Below are positions 23,001 through 44,600 of a stretch of DNA of 64,000 nucleotides, in pieces (positions within the stretch are counted from its first letter, which is position 1; every line of letters begins with the position of its first letter). A model generated the notes under the pieces. It ran no database searches. It saw only the letters and a program-made list of their open reading frames with translations, and was not told where the DNA came from. The stretch is from Tubulanus polymorphus. Taxonomy: Eukaryota > Animalia > Nemertea. Where the stretch lies: contig NC_134028.1 of assembly GCF_964204645.1 (NCBI RefSeq), positions 3,410,001-3,474,000 of the forward strand, given 5' to 3'. The position numbers and the translations under genes are program-made.

Positions 23001-24360
23001 AGAGATGATGTTGTTTCGATGGATGGTTGATGAAGTGGAGAAATTCTAGACTTGAGACGTCAACCCTTTAGTAACTGAATCGCCCGAAACCTTGACAAAA
23101 CCGTCCTGAACTCCCCCGCATGTTTTGTCCAGCGGCACAAAATCTATTTAATTGGGACTCGAAGCCATATCATAAATATTAAGTAGACATCACCACTTAC
23201 CAAAGCGAACATGAATCCATTTGAAATTTTGGTAAAAAGTAATATTATAACTTTCTTTTTTCTATTGTTCATTGCAAATAGCCCTTTATTGGCAGAAGAT
23301 CGAATTCACCAGCTCGAAGTTAGAAGACACGGCGTTCAGATTCGATTGTTTCAACATATTTGCAATTTCAGTTATTGTAACGATACTTGCATTCTTCAGT
23401 TGCTAAATCCGAAAGGGTTAAAAATAATCAGACGATTCATCACGCTGGCGAGGGAGTAGAAAAGGGAAAGCGGTAAGGCGAAGTGGCTTTTGTTGTAAGA
23501 AAAGAAAGAAGTGGGAATGTGGACGTAAAGTTGAAACAAAGATGGGAATGGTAATAATGTGAATGTACCCGTTGATGATGATGTATTGGACTATGATGAA
23601 CGTAGCATATTAATCGAACTGCTTGTTCTTCAAATGTCAAACAATCATTACTATTTACCCGCGACTATAACACAGTGTTTGCATTAATTCTAAAGCACAT
23701 TAACCAGCCATTAATCACGTGCTTTACACGTTTCCCGTTCAAACAAAATCCATGCAAGTTTTTATTTACTTCAAACAGTGAGTGGATAAATCGAGAATAA
23801 GTTTCTCCGGAGGGCGTAGCACGGTGTGGCATCGTTTTCTAGGGTTTTCATTTTCGAGCGAAAACCGACGCCCTTGCGTATTTTAATCCATGTGCAAATT
23901 CTAATTAGAATACCATTATTTAAAAGTGGCGTGGGCGGCAATTAGAAAAGGCTGAGAGCTGTATGCTTTTGACATCATTTTTGATAACTTAATGTGGTTG
24001 CAGTGAGTGGGTGGAAAGCTGACACTATTGTTTTGCATTCGGTTTCCCGTTCTAGCCACTCGATTTTTTGTCAGCGTACAGTTTCGACCGTCACTGGAAT
24101 AATGGAAATATTGAAACCGAACAACAATTAGAGTACCCCTGCATTATACTTACAATTACGTACACTTAGAAACGTCGATACTAACAATTCTGCTAACTAA
24201 CGTTACATCGCGGCGTTTAAAATATTAAAAACAAAACATCAAGCTCTGAATATACGTTTTAGATGTAATTCACCTGACATTTCTCCTAGATAGAAACCTT
24301 TGAGGACACGTCCACAAAGCACCGGTACAAATGAACCGAAAGGACGGCCCTCGTTTTTAA

Positions 24361-24565
24361 GCCTAAATATGATACTCCTAATGTTTCTCCTAATTTTGTA
24401 AACTGTAATACAATTTGTAATCAGTTCATTTCTACAACTGCCGGGTCTGTTATGTTTAGATTGTTCCGATTTAAAAAAAGTAACTTACAGGGTAGATAAG
24501 CGGCCGGTCGGGTCAACTTTTATTCCCAGCAGAAATGGGGAACAGGGTGAGATTCTTTTAGATTA
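24361..24565. mobile_element. PIF/Harbinger-type MITE, copy B (degenerate, uninterrupted)
   Basis: Shares TGTTTCTCCTAAT, AATTTGTAATCAGTTCATTTCTA, CTGCCGGGTCTGTTAT and CGGGTCAACTTTTA with copies A and C; ends approximate. Confidence 0.72.
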
Positions 24566-27500
24566 AGATACTCATTTTGGCCATTGAACAGGACAACAAA
24601 AACTAAAGTATGATTATATTTGGCTGTACCTATTTGTTACAGCATAGAAAAATAATACATTTTATAATACCAGAAACAATAGAATACAGTAAATTGTAGC
24701 AAACAATGATAATTTTGAGTTTTTACTGACAATTGCTATGTCCAGCCATAGCGCAGTGCTGGCATATTCGTCAATTGAAGCACTGAACTGCATACGTTTA
24801 GAAATGCTTTGCAAATTTATGCAAAAGTTTCAATCTTCATGGTTTATTGAACCATAAGTGAATCGAAATTCGAAGGATTTAAAGAAAAAATAATGTAATG
24901 CACAATATGATGACAATACAAGAAGTTTCAAACTCTTTATAGATTCCTAAACGCTAATCTAAGGATTCTGTGCAGTTTATTGCGATGACAATGATTTCAT
25001 ATTTTTCACACGTCGGTTACTGACTGTCTTGTTCGTGCCGTCGTCGTGCACTTGTTACTGTTGACGTTCAAAACAATCGCCTTACATCGTTTTGATTGAT
25101 ACAATTCACATCACGGGAATGTTCTGTCGAATAGAGAGAGCGCGCGAGGAATTGATGAAAATTTATGAAAATCGACATCCAGCCATCATCGCTCCTGGTT
25201 GTATTACTTACATGCCAACTGTCACGTCGACACATTGTCAAAAAACTGCTGGGGAGAATTACGAAATTGTGTGTCTCGTTTTTATGGAAATTCGGTCGAT
25301 GGCAAATCGAGGAGCCTATTCGAGATTTCGTATCAGCTCGTTTCCGTAGCAAGCCTACGCGTTGAATACGTTAACGAATCTTCTTCTTTTCGATATGAAC
25401 AACTTAAAATACGAGATACAAAACACCATGAAGTATTCATTAGGTATCAAGTTCCTATTGTTAATTTTTCATATCATATGTTATACGTATATCTATGAAC
25501 ATATTCTTTTTTCATTTCCATTTCAAACGACCCAGGAATCGTACCGGTAGCGCGCTTCTGGCGAGGCTTTCATTTCAATCATGTGAAACCTTAAAAAAGA
25601 AACGCACGTGAAATCCTTTATTATTAATCACTTCAATGAAATTGACTCCTCAAAAGAGAGCCGATGATGACGGAAAGGTCACGGTCATTTTATTCGGCAG
25701 ATACGGTCACATATATGAGTGGATTCGAAACCCTTAATTATGGATCAGTCCCCCAGAAGATCGGGATTAATCATACTCCATTTAATTCTCGACAATTTTT
25801 GTCGAACGATGAGATTTTGCGAGTAAAAATTTTGACGGACGTTAACTTTAGCAGCGATCAGAAATAGAGTATCATCACATCATCACTGAAGCCGCGCAGA
25901 AAACTAATTCGACACTTAACGAACAACCCTGAAAAAGGTATTAAACTTCATCCCGACTGACAAGTTGTAGTTGGTTTCGCTGACTAGGTCGACTAATCCG
26001 TCGAAATGTCGATAACCTAATTAACTGTCGGTCCGGGAAAAAACCTTGTACACTCGGAGCGATGGTAATCTCGCTACTGTGGGTCAAAATATACAGCTCC
26101 TTTAATGAACATCTCACTTGAAGATTGACGAGTATTTTCTGCTCTATCTAATTGCTTTATGGCTTCGAGACTATAAGTCTTCGATAAATCGTGTTTCCCG
26201 ATCGTTATATATATCATAGATATGGTAACAGTGAAATGTCTCGTCGGTGATCACAGTATTCAATGGTTATTATTATCTACGCTTTGTGATATCGCCGCGA
26301 GAAACAGACTGGTTTTTTCAGACGGAAGAAATGGCGGCAACACCTGAGTAAGAAGGACCTCCGCAACAGTAACGAATATCATGGACTGTCACACGCCATT
26401 AAGGACTGGGCGAGTTGTTGAATACGTTGAGGGAATAATGCTTAGTTGAATAATTGCCCTTTACTACTCTTTTTTTACCTATGATTAACTTTGTCGTGTG
26501 TAGGCGGATCAGTAGCTGCGTTGATCAGGTATTCTCTACAGTTCTCCTCGGTTCTCATCTCGTTATCGTCTTTCGAGTGTGTGCGCGATGTACGTTGGAA
26601 TTTCCATTTGATTTCTTCAATGCACTCACTGGCTTGTCGTCGTTGTTACAAAAAACCTCGTCTTTGTCGCGACTAACTGAACTAAAGCGTAGGAGTCGCA
26701 GCGATTGAGCCGAGCATTGTCGATGTCAGTGCGGATAAAGCGTTGCCGTGACGGCACAATCATTTTTGAAATAAACCGGATAGAAATGACGGCTCCTGCG
26801 CAGCCCTGTTCCAGGTCGTTTAAAAAAAAAAATAATTAGGCCGACGAAACGGCGTGGTTGTTATTTAATCTAGACTTTCGCTACGAATAGTCTACGAAAA
26901 TAATGCTAATCCATGTATTGAAGGAATCAAATAAAACGGGTGGAAAGCAATATTATTCTAAATTTTAAGACTTTTCATTTTGTGTCTATATAAGATTTAC
27001 ATTAAATAGATTACCGCTATCGTTATCACTGCGTCTAAGGCCGAATAGGCTAAGATTTATGAACGACTTTTATTCGTTCGTTTAATTAATACGCGAGAGT
27101 TGATAAGCAAGTTTTGAAGATTAAGCCGTCAGAGAGATTTGCAGCAGTGTCGCAGTTTTTTTCTTCATCGCTCCAATCGTCGCGTTGAATATTTTGCGCA
27201 AGGAGTTTGATCGACCGAATTCCGAGTAAAAGTCACTTGGGACGAGAGAGATTCTGCGAAATTTGCAGTATTTTTCGTTCAGTTGATCACGCGTCGAGAC
27301 TAAATCGTGACGGCAACGTCTGTCACAAAGATTTGTCTAAATCCGGGTGAGATTTTTGTTGAGATGTAGCACCTCTATCTAGATATTGACCACCGATCCG
27401 AGGAGACTACGCCCGATTCAATCGCCATGTATGATTGAACGATATTTCATCCAACGGATAGGAATAAAAAATCTTGTCTGGCTAATAAAAAATCTTAGTT

Positions 27501-28486
27501 TAGTCTAGTACGACGAACAGTATTTTGAATGATTAATGAGAGGTAATGCAACTTGACATTTATCTGGACCCGTCCGCGTATAAAGCATCATAGAAAATTG
27601 CCTATCAACGTTAGCCAGCTTTAAATGTCAAAACGTCAACCAACATTTATTACTGTACTAATGCTAATGATATAAGAGTCGATTCAAACGATAATCTCAT
27701 CAGACAAATTCCATTCGAAAGAATGTCAAAGCACTAAGGAATTCGTAGACATTTTGACGATTATACATTAATGCCAAGATTATGATTTTCGTGAGTTTTT
27801 TCGAAAGGACTAGCATCTGAAACGTGGCTTTTTGTATCTCTAGATACTTCACTAATCCATTTATAGAGCTCATCGTTACAACAATAAGAATAGAGATATG
27901 ATGTTCCCAGAAGCCTGTCGTTGTTATTCGAGCACCAACGTTACGGCAGAATTCTAGACTCCTACTTCGAACCTATAGAGATTTAAAAATAAGGGAGACT
28001 GCGTCATATATGATGAAGAACGTCACACGAGCTTCTTACCAGAATGAACAAAGGAACTTTACCACTTTCTGGCTGATTAACTTGATCTTGAAAATCCCAC
28101 AGGCTTTCAGACTTAGTAACATGATGTCAGAAGAAGTAATATGCTGTGAGTGTTTTGAATAGGTAACTGGAATGTTCTATGAAATTAGAAATCACTTTTT
28201 ACGAGATTTACATAAACGTTTTCTCTATGGAAAGGGTATGTCTATCAGTCGTTTCTTTTGATAAGTCGGATCAACGGGCACGCACTTCTACATCGAAATA
28301 CGATGAATTTCTAAATCAATTGCCACGTATGCGATATTCTTCTCATGCCATCGTTTGGTATTGAAATCGCATGCTTCTGTGTTACGTTTACTTAAGTTAA
28401 TTTTCTTCCTCGAGTAAGTCAGGAAGTTAGTCTGGATGTATAAGTCTACTCGGGAAATCATTTTAAAACCTTGAGCTACCTGCGAC

Positions 28487-28520
28487 CATGGACGTATTAA
28501 CTAGAGTTTATACGTCCATG
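28487..28520. repeat. Short hairpin repeat (CATGGACGTATAAAC family), copy 2
   Basis: CATGGACGTATTAACTAGAGTTTATACGTCCATG, near-perfect palindrome. Confidence 0.65.
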
Positions 28521-29385
28521 TTACGACAGAATATACTTCGTGGTGTTGCTTTTCTCATGTACCGTAATTACAATAGCTAGAATGGTACTGTGGCGCTTGA
28601 TTGAGGAAATAGGTGTTTCGCGTACGGGGGTGCTTTGATTGAGGAAAAGGAAATTTCTAAATGTCAAGTAGATAGTCTTCGTCACTAAGGCTATGTTTGA
28701 AGAGCAACATGGAGCAGAAAGGATCGTATAGTTTGTTTTTGTCTGAGGCTTTTGTCAGCTGCAAAATCCATACACAAGTAAGGCACATCTGTCGAAACAA
28801 AATCTTTTTTCAAATCGCTTGATTACTGTAGATATCCAGTACCCAATGTTGTATTTCAATAGCTCACTTAAATCAACCAGCTTTTCATGAATGCTTCATC
28901 TCTCTATGAATATATAGCACTTCGATTGAGGACGCAATTTTTACGGAAATTTTGTTGTTAGAATTTGGGGTTTTTACACCAACATAATGTACTGCGCGAC
29001 ACTTCTCGCTCAGATGTGTCAGAAACGGAAACAATAATTCAAAAACTTGTTCTCGGTGAAAGAAGTTGCGGAGTTGCCCTTTTTTTATCTTAAAATAAGA
29101 ATTGTCCCCGCTATTTATATGATTTGCCGGTTTGGTCGTCTTTTTTTTAATTTGGTGTCCCTCGCAAAATCACCACACCTGCCGGGAGCGAAACAGGGTG
29201 TTTCATTTTGTGAAGTGACTTTAAGCCGTTCAGAATAATGAATATATGCGTAGAATTCAGGCGTCACCCGGGTGATAGGAGGTGACGTCAGAATGAAAAT
29301 CATTAGATTGAAGCTCCTCGACTTCCCAGATTGCGGTGGGGTCTGCGCTCAGAGCGGTCGCACAAACTCTTCAAACAACTTTAAG

Positions 29386-30372
29386 ATGAATTCTAGCGCG
29401 AATTTAAACTCATCGATGACGATGCAGCAAGAACCGAAGACTTTTTGGTTTTATATTGACCTGTATTTCGCGTACGGTGGTGCGGGAACCATTCTACCTC
29501 TGGGAACTCTGGGCAACATCGTCGGAATTATCTTACTGCGAGATAACGACCTCAGTCGGTACGTTGTGAATTTCATCTTCTTCCTACTGTGTGTCAATGA
29601 TTTGATTTCGTTGCTATTGAATTATCTGCCGTTAGTAATCGGGAGGATGTTAGGAGGCGATTTAGTCAACAGTAACATCTGGACGTGCCGAACAATCTAC
29701 TTCATGCGCATGACATTGACCTCGATATCGGCTTGGTTATTGTTATGCTTGTCGATCGAGCGCGTAGTGACTCTGAAAAAAACTTTTCCTAATTCAGCCA
29801 GCAGCCGTAGACGTAAACACATTTGGATCGTAACTATTATCATTCTATATATGTCTATGTTTCTTGTATATTCGCCCATGATTTATGCCGTAGACATGGT
29901 CGAAGGTATATGTCAACCGATGGACTATTTCATTCCACACTTGCAGAATTTTCTTTTGATGGACATGCTTATTTTTTCGATCATTCCTTCGATACTTTTT
30001 TGCGTCTTCAATTTGATCATTTTGCAGCACGTTTGGCATCGTCGTAACACCGTTGAACCTTTACCTACCACTAGTGCGACTATAAGCCGCGCTAGAGAAA
30101 GTGCCGCTACAATATGCGTTGTTACGATGACTTTGCTGTTCGTGGCTACTAGTTTACCTACGGTCGTGTATAATTTCCTAATTCCGGACTGGATGAAGAA
30201 AAAGGACCCAACCGAAAATCAGAAGAACTTATTCATTATGAGTTTGTTTTATCACATATTCTCGATGAATAACAGTTTGAATATTTATGTGATGTACATC
30301 ACCAGTTCGGTATACCGCAGAGAGTTAAAAAAGCTAGCGACAAAGGCATCAAAAGCAATATGCGGCAACTGA
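29386..30372 (+). CDS. Intronless class A (rhodopsin-like) GPCR, orphan peptide-receptor type, 328 aa from the likely ATG
   Basis: Seven hydrophobic segments; N-terminal NSS glycosylation sites; TM1 GTLGN, TM2 LCVND, TM3 C..SIERVV, ECL2 Cys, TM5 Pro, TM6 FVATSLP, TM7 NNSLNIYVMY, helix 8 SSVYRREL. An upstream in-frame ATG exists at 29293. Confidence 0.9.
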   Translation: MNSSANLNSSMTMQQEPKTFWFYIDLYFAYGGAGTILPLGTLGNIVGIILLRDNDLSRYVVNFIFFLLCVNDLISLLLNYLPLVIGRMLGGDLVNSNIWTCRTIYFMRMTLTSISAWLLLCLSIERVVTLKKTFPNSASSRRRKHIWIVTIIILYMSMFLVYSPMIYAVDMVEGICQPMDYFIPHLQNFLLMDMLIFSIIPSILFCVFNLIILQHVWHRRNTVEPLPTTSATISRARESAATICVVTMTLLFVATSLPTVVYNFLIPDWMKKKDPTENQKNLFIMSLFYHIFSMNNSLNIYVMYITSSVYRRELKKLATKASKAICGN

Positions 30373-33070
30373 AAAGTTCCCTTGAGTTTGTGCTAAACCT
30401 CTGTCCTTATCTGCTTCGGTCAATTAGTTGAAGAAACTTCGAGGAGAAAAACATCGCTTCCGATTTCGTGCCGACGGAAAAGGACAAAGAAAAACCAGAA
30501 TATGTGTGTAACTTGCAAATAACGGTTTATTCGTTTGAAAACTGACCTACAGTCATATCTATCATGTATTTACACTGCTATGGCTCTGATACAGTAAGAT
30601 TTAACAAATTTGCCGTATGATAATCATTCAATACATTTCAATCATCAATATTCCTCTATACATGTAGATCAGTTTTTCCTGAGGTTTAATCCTCAACGCT
30701 GACCAATGAAAATGTCATTAGAGCTTTTTGATTAGATTTTTAGGAGATATTGACAGCAGATTTCTCAGGTTATCGTGGCATTCTGTATCAACGAATAATT
30801 ACATATCGTTTAACTCTTAGTCCCCACTTGCGTGAAAACGTGTGGAATCTAGGTCAATATGACCCAATAACATTGGATGATATTTAACGGCCAAAATAAT
30901 GCATATTTTGTATAATTCATCATTATTTCCCCAAACCTCAAGGTGGAACTTATTTAAATCGTTCGGCACGACTTCGTGTACACAAGATATTTAATCGTAT
31001 GTTATTAGAAATGAAGCCACTGGTGCAGCTTTCATCATCCGATCATAGCAAATAAATGATATCAGGCGCCAGGTTCTTTAGACTACACGTAGTTTTAAAT
31101 TGAACCCCATGTGGTTTAATTGAATTCATAGTGAATCAAGTTAATCCCCGTGTTATAACGTTAAGGACATTTTTCTGAAGATCCTGTTCACGTCACATCG
31201 GTCGACATTTCGTTTTCACCAATAACCAACGTTTTGTATCAGTTCTCTATATAATATTCTATTTACAAATCTCAAAATTCGTTGTTATCATCTAACATAC
31301 GTGTGTGCAATGTTTAACATGTGTACAAATATTGAACATCTTTCAAAAGATACATAATAACCGTACATGATTATGTATATTGATATAGACCCATCATGCA
31401 TCATCAAAGCACAATATTGTTACGCTGGCGGCGAACACTTCAACTGAAACCAGTTCTACACGTAGAAAATTGAACTTAGTTTGAATCCAGATGAAATTTA
31501 CCCATAGCTGTGGATTTATAGGCGCATGTCCTTCGTCGTAAGAAAACAGCTATCTTCCTATCAATGTAGTTACCATGGTATGTATATAAGATTTTGTCGT
31601 GTAAAATGTGGATCTGTACGCAGTGCCCCCGGTTCTGATTGGGAGAACTGAGTTTTACTTGATTAAAACACGGGAAGACGGTTAAACACAAATACTACAA
31701 GGGGAAAGGAATTGTGGCAATGAATACTACCACAATAAATACACTATTTGGTATGTACATCCTAATTTCATTGTAAGTTATTACTCGTTTTTATGAGGTA
31801 AATAATTGGTTATGCTTCGAAGAAGAAATGATAAATTCGCCCATTTTTCTATTGCGAGTCGGTCGAGATGGAAATGGTTTAACATTGATAAATGGAAAGT
31901 AATAAATCCGACGTAGGATCTGTAGTACCCGTATCAAGTTAACTAGGATGAAGCGATGAAGACATTAATCAACGGGAGGTCAAGTTTTAAATAAGTCTGA
32001 ATTTAGAATTTTCATGTTGCGCATTTTCTCGTCCACACAATAAATAGGAATCAAGGATTTTGTGCTCGCAAGTTCCCCTCCTCGCGAGGGCGTCAACATG
32101 ATTTCCTCTGGTTACATATACAACAAGTACGGTAGTCCACGTGATATCACTGAAGGTATCAAGATATCACTCAACAAATTATACGATTTCATGGCGTATT
32201 CGGCTCTAATGATGTCGATGATAAATGATCGAACACACTTCACAACGTAACCTAAAACATTTTTCTCCCCCCATTCATGAAAAGCGTTCGTTTACGATTC
32301 CAATACATACCGCTTGCCTTCATAAAATACGTCATTCGTAAAATTCGCAGCACTATTTCAAAGCGGGTACAGGTACTCATCAGTTTATAGGATAATAAGA
32401 TTTCAATTCACGGTGGAAATTCAAAAGATTAGAAACGAAATTCATTTATCAAGGATTAAAATCAAAAGTTTCAAGACACGACGTTTTTGACCTTACCTCG
32501 AGAATCAATATCAATCAAAAAATAATTAAAATCGAAAGTTTAAAGGTACGATATTGATTAATAATTTCGTTTTTAATCTTTTAGATTTAATTCCGGGTCT
32601 TTTGATCTTATTGTATTCTCCACGTTTGGGTGTACGGGCTATTCTACAATTAACAAGATATTTCTAAACATTTGAACATTTCAAACTCTATTACAATCAT
32701 AATACTCGCACATAAAGACTTACGCCTCGATGTGTTACCGAATATTACTGTAAGATTTCGGCGAGGTTGTATCCAATTTCTTGCGTTACATCGCCAGTAA
32801 TCTGAATACTCTTGGTCTTAATATTCTTGGAAATCATCTCCCGGCATACGATACATTTTGAATACGGTGTTCCTACTTCGTGGAAGAACGGGGGTTTTAC
32901 CTAGTTTTTGTGTCATGTACAGACTTAGAAAAATGTTTGTCACCTATATATAAAATGTCATGATTCAACAACTATGCGCGAATACTTCGGATTATATGTT
33001 GTTCACGTTATGTAATGGATATATCTATTTGTAGTATATCTGCTACTATTGTAGAATTAAAAACCTAATC

Positions 33071-41651
<8,581 letters not shown>

Positions 41652-44600
41652 ATTCCCTTTCGATTGTAAATGACAATGGGCGACAATATATCCACGACGC
41701 TTATCGTTGTTGTTATATCATCATCTACGTATTCGGATGATGCGCATTTATAAAACGAATATCTATATTTACAGCTGAAATTATCCGCGCGAGTTATCAC
41801 AACGACAACTCGTAGGCCCGTATTCGACGCGTTTCAGCGCCTAGAAAATCCGCGCAACTACAAGAACAGCACCGTCGTTCCCGAGTCTGAATATCCATCA
41901 TGACGCACAATATCTCGAATGTAGTTTTTTTTCGGTGCCGGTCCGCCGCGAAGCCCCGTGCTCCCACTCACAGTTTCCTATCCGCGCGTTGATCTTTCTT
42001 TACAGCGCGTTTCACTTAACTATCTCGATAGATTCGCGCCTAGCACACCTGAACTCCTCCGGCATCTGCAATGAGATTGTTTGTATATGAATTAATTCGA
42101 TATGATAACATGTGGCCCCAAGGAACGCCGTATACATCATATTTCTTATCGGGGTTAATCGCAACCCGTCTTCGCTGGTAATATTTTTAACGTTTATCGT
42201 GAACCTTCCTTGAAAAGTTCATTTCACTTTTTTCACGATACGTTATGTGGTCATTATATTCATACATATTTCAGACGGGTTCATACCGAGTTTCTTCAAT
42301 AGTTAATAGAAGTGAATAATGAAAATATGGCGCACTTCTGCATTTGTTTTGGTAAATCTGAAAGCTGCTCAGAATATTTTGTATAATGTTATAGAAAACG
42401 CTGGAAATGTGAAAGAAAGACTATAAATATTGACGAATAAACGAATTTCATAAAGATTGAAATGAATTCCCGTTCTTTGTGGCGACAAAACACGAAAATT
42501 CGAACGTTGTCAGAAAGATTTTCTTTCACATACAAAAAAGTATCTTGAATTCGCTCTCAATATCGGCATAACTAAAGCCGACAGAATCACGTGTGAACGC
42601 ATCTCGCTCTGTAAGCGCGATTAGTAAACACAAGACTAGTCCTACCCCCCTCCCCCCCAGAATCTCGTGAGAACGGCGCTTATGTTTCTACTCTGTATTT
42701 GAGTCGCCTACAAATTTGTTTTACCGACTATTCTTACAGGTTTATATCCGGATGTGAACAGTCACAGCTTTCTATCTCCGTCAACAGTTGTTATAAAATG
42801 CGATTATGGCACAAAAGATCACAGAAATGTCCAATGTCACCAGGTACTTGACATCATAAAAACACCCGCTAAGAATCACTATAAACCCGGGTAAAAAGAT
42901 AAAAATCACGATTGCAACTGCAACACATCGCAAACACGCGGCTCTCCTCGAATGAGAATTGTGATCATTCAGATCTATCGATTCGTCTGGAGGAAACAGA
43001 CTGTGTAAATCACACTTAAAATCAGCGTGTTCGCGAAACAGATTGCGGTTATTTCGTCGCCTATATCGTCGCCTATATGATGAATATGATAAAACCGTAC
43101 TGGTAATAATATAACATCTCTTTCCCTAACAGTAATCGCCCTCATCATACCTCGCAAAGAGAGAGACAGTAACGTGTGGAATACCGAGTGATGTTTCACC
43201 TCCCTGGTAGCTGTCAAAATTGGTTTTTATTTGCCGCCCAGCGAATGGCTGTATATACTAGAATTTTCTAAAATTGATTTGTCACCAATTTGACCATCAA
43301 TTTTGTTACGCAATCTTAAATATATTGCCAGATCTGATGATTTGCCTATTATTTCAAACCTGCATTATCACAATTATTTTAAAAAAAAACAAGCCTAGTT
43401 TAAGATTATTTATTGTATTAATTGCATCATAATTCTGGTAATCAAATAATTTGCTAGAAAAATGTCAACCGACAAAAAATAAATGACCCTTTGTTTAATC
43501 GGTGCAACAAAATATTTCGTTTTTGATAAATTGGGACATGTCATCGCTAGGTTTCAATCATCGACGGTGATGATGGCAAATATTTCCATTGTGTCAATTG
43601 ACAACGCATCTCATTACAGAACTTCGCGCATCCGTAAAAAGCATCAATTACCGTCACATAAGTTACATAGAACAATTTTGTTTGTCCTAAAAACGCACGA
43701 AATGCTTCTGATCTGCTGAGGCTGAATTAACCTCATCAAACTACAGAAATCTGCGGCCTGTTATTTCCCTTAGAACATCATGCTGCAGGAAATACGTCAT
43801 CCTAGCCAAATAACTATATCGTATTTTAACAATCTATTCACCAAATCGTACAGCCATCTCACAATCTCACAACCACAATCTTTAATTGCTGTAATGTCGA
43901 GACGCTCTGCGGCAACTACTACGGCAATAATAAGCGCCACCTGGTGTCTGATGACGGCATGACTAAGCAAGCGATTAGTTATGTATAGCATTTGAAACTA
44001 GCTGTTAAAAAGCGCATTGGTTGCAGAATCTAAAAATCGATGTTGTAAGATGAAGAGTTAGTTGTACGAATGTGGATAGGTTTTTGCGATATGATTTCCG
44101 CCTTCGCTCGGATGGCGTTCCATATGGACGCTAGAAACGGGTATTTTTGAAAAGAACGAAGAAAATCTTCAGAAAAAAAAAACATCAACGATGTAACGTT
44201 ATGTTTTTCCCATGAGTTCCCATGTGATGATAGAGCTCAACTGAATTTTATCACCGTTAGTTTTCGAAATTTCGCAGCTCGCGTTATTTCGTCTGAGTGT
44301 CTTCACATAAACGCCTGAACTCTCTGAAATTTGTTCTCAGGTTTCCTCGTCTCACATTCTGGTCATGTACGCGTGTACGCTCGAGTGAAGATACTCGTTA
44401 TCGAGACGGCACCTTTGAGACCACTCCATATCATCTACGGAATCTCGAGAATATCATAAATACCCTTGATGAGATTGCAAAAAGTGAATATTAAGATATC
44501 TGTCGTCTCATAATTTGCCGTGGTGACGACGCAGTGAGGCCCACGTGGGCGAAATTCCGTCGGTCAATAAAGATTTTTATCCTCGAGTCACTGCGAGCAT

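Noticed and set aside
27930-28200. Possible decayed retroelement or recombinase coding relic
   Set aside because: Resemblance too weak to support without a search.
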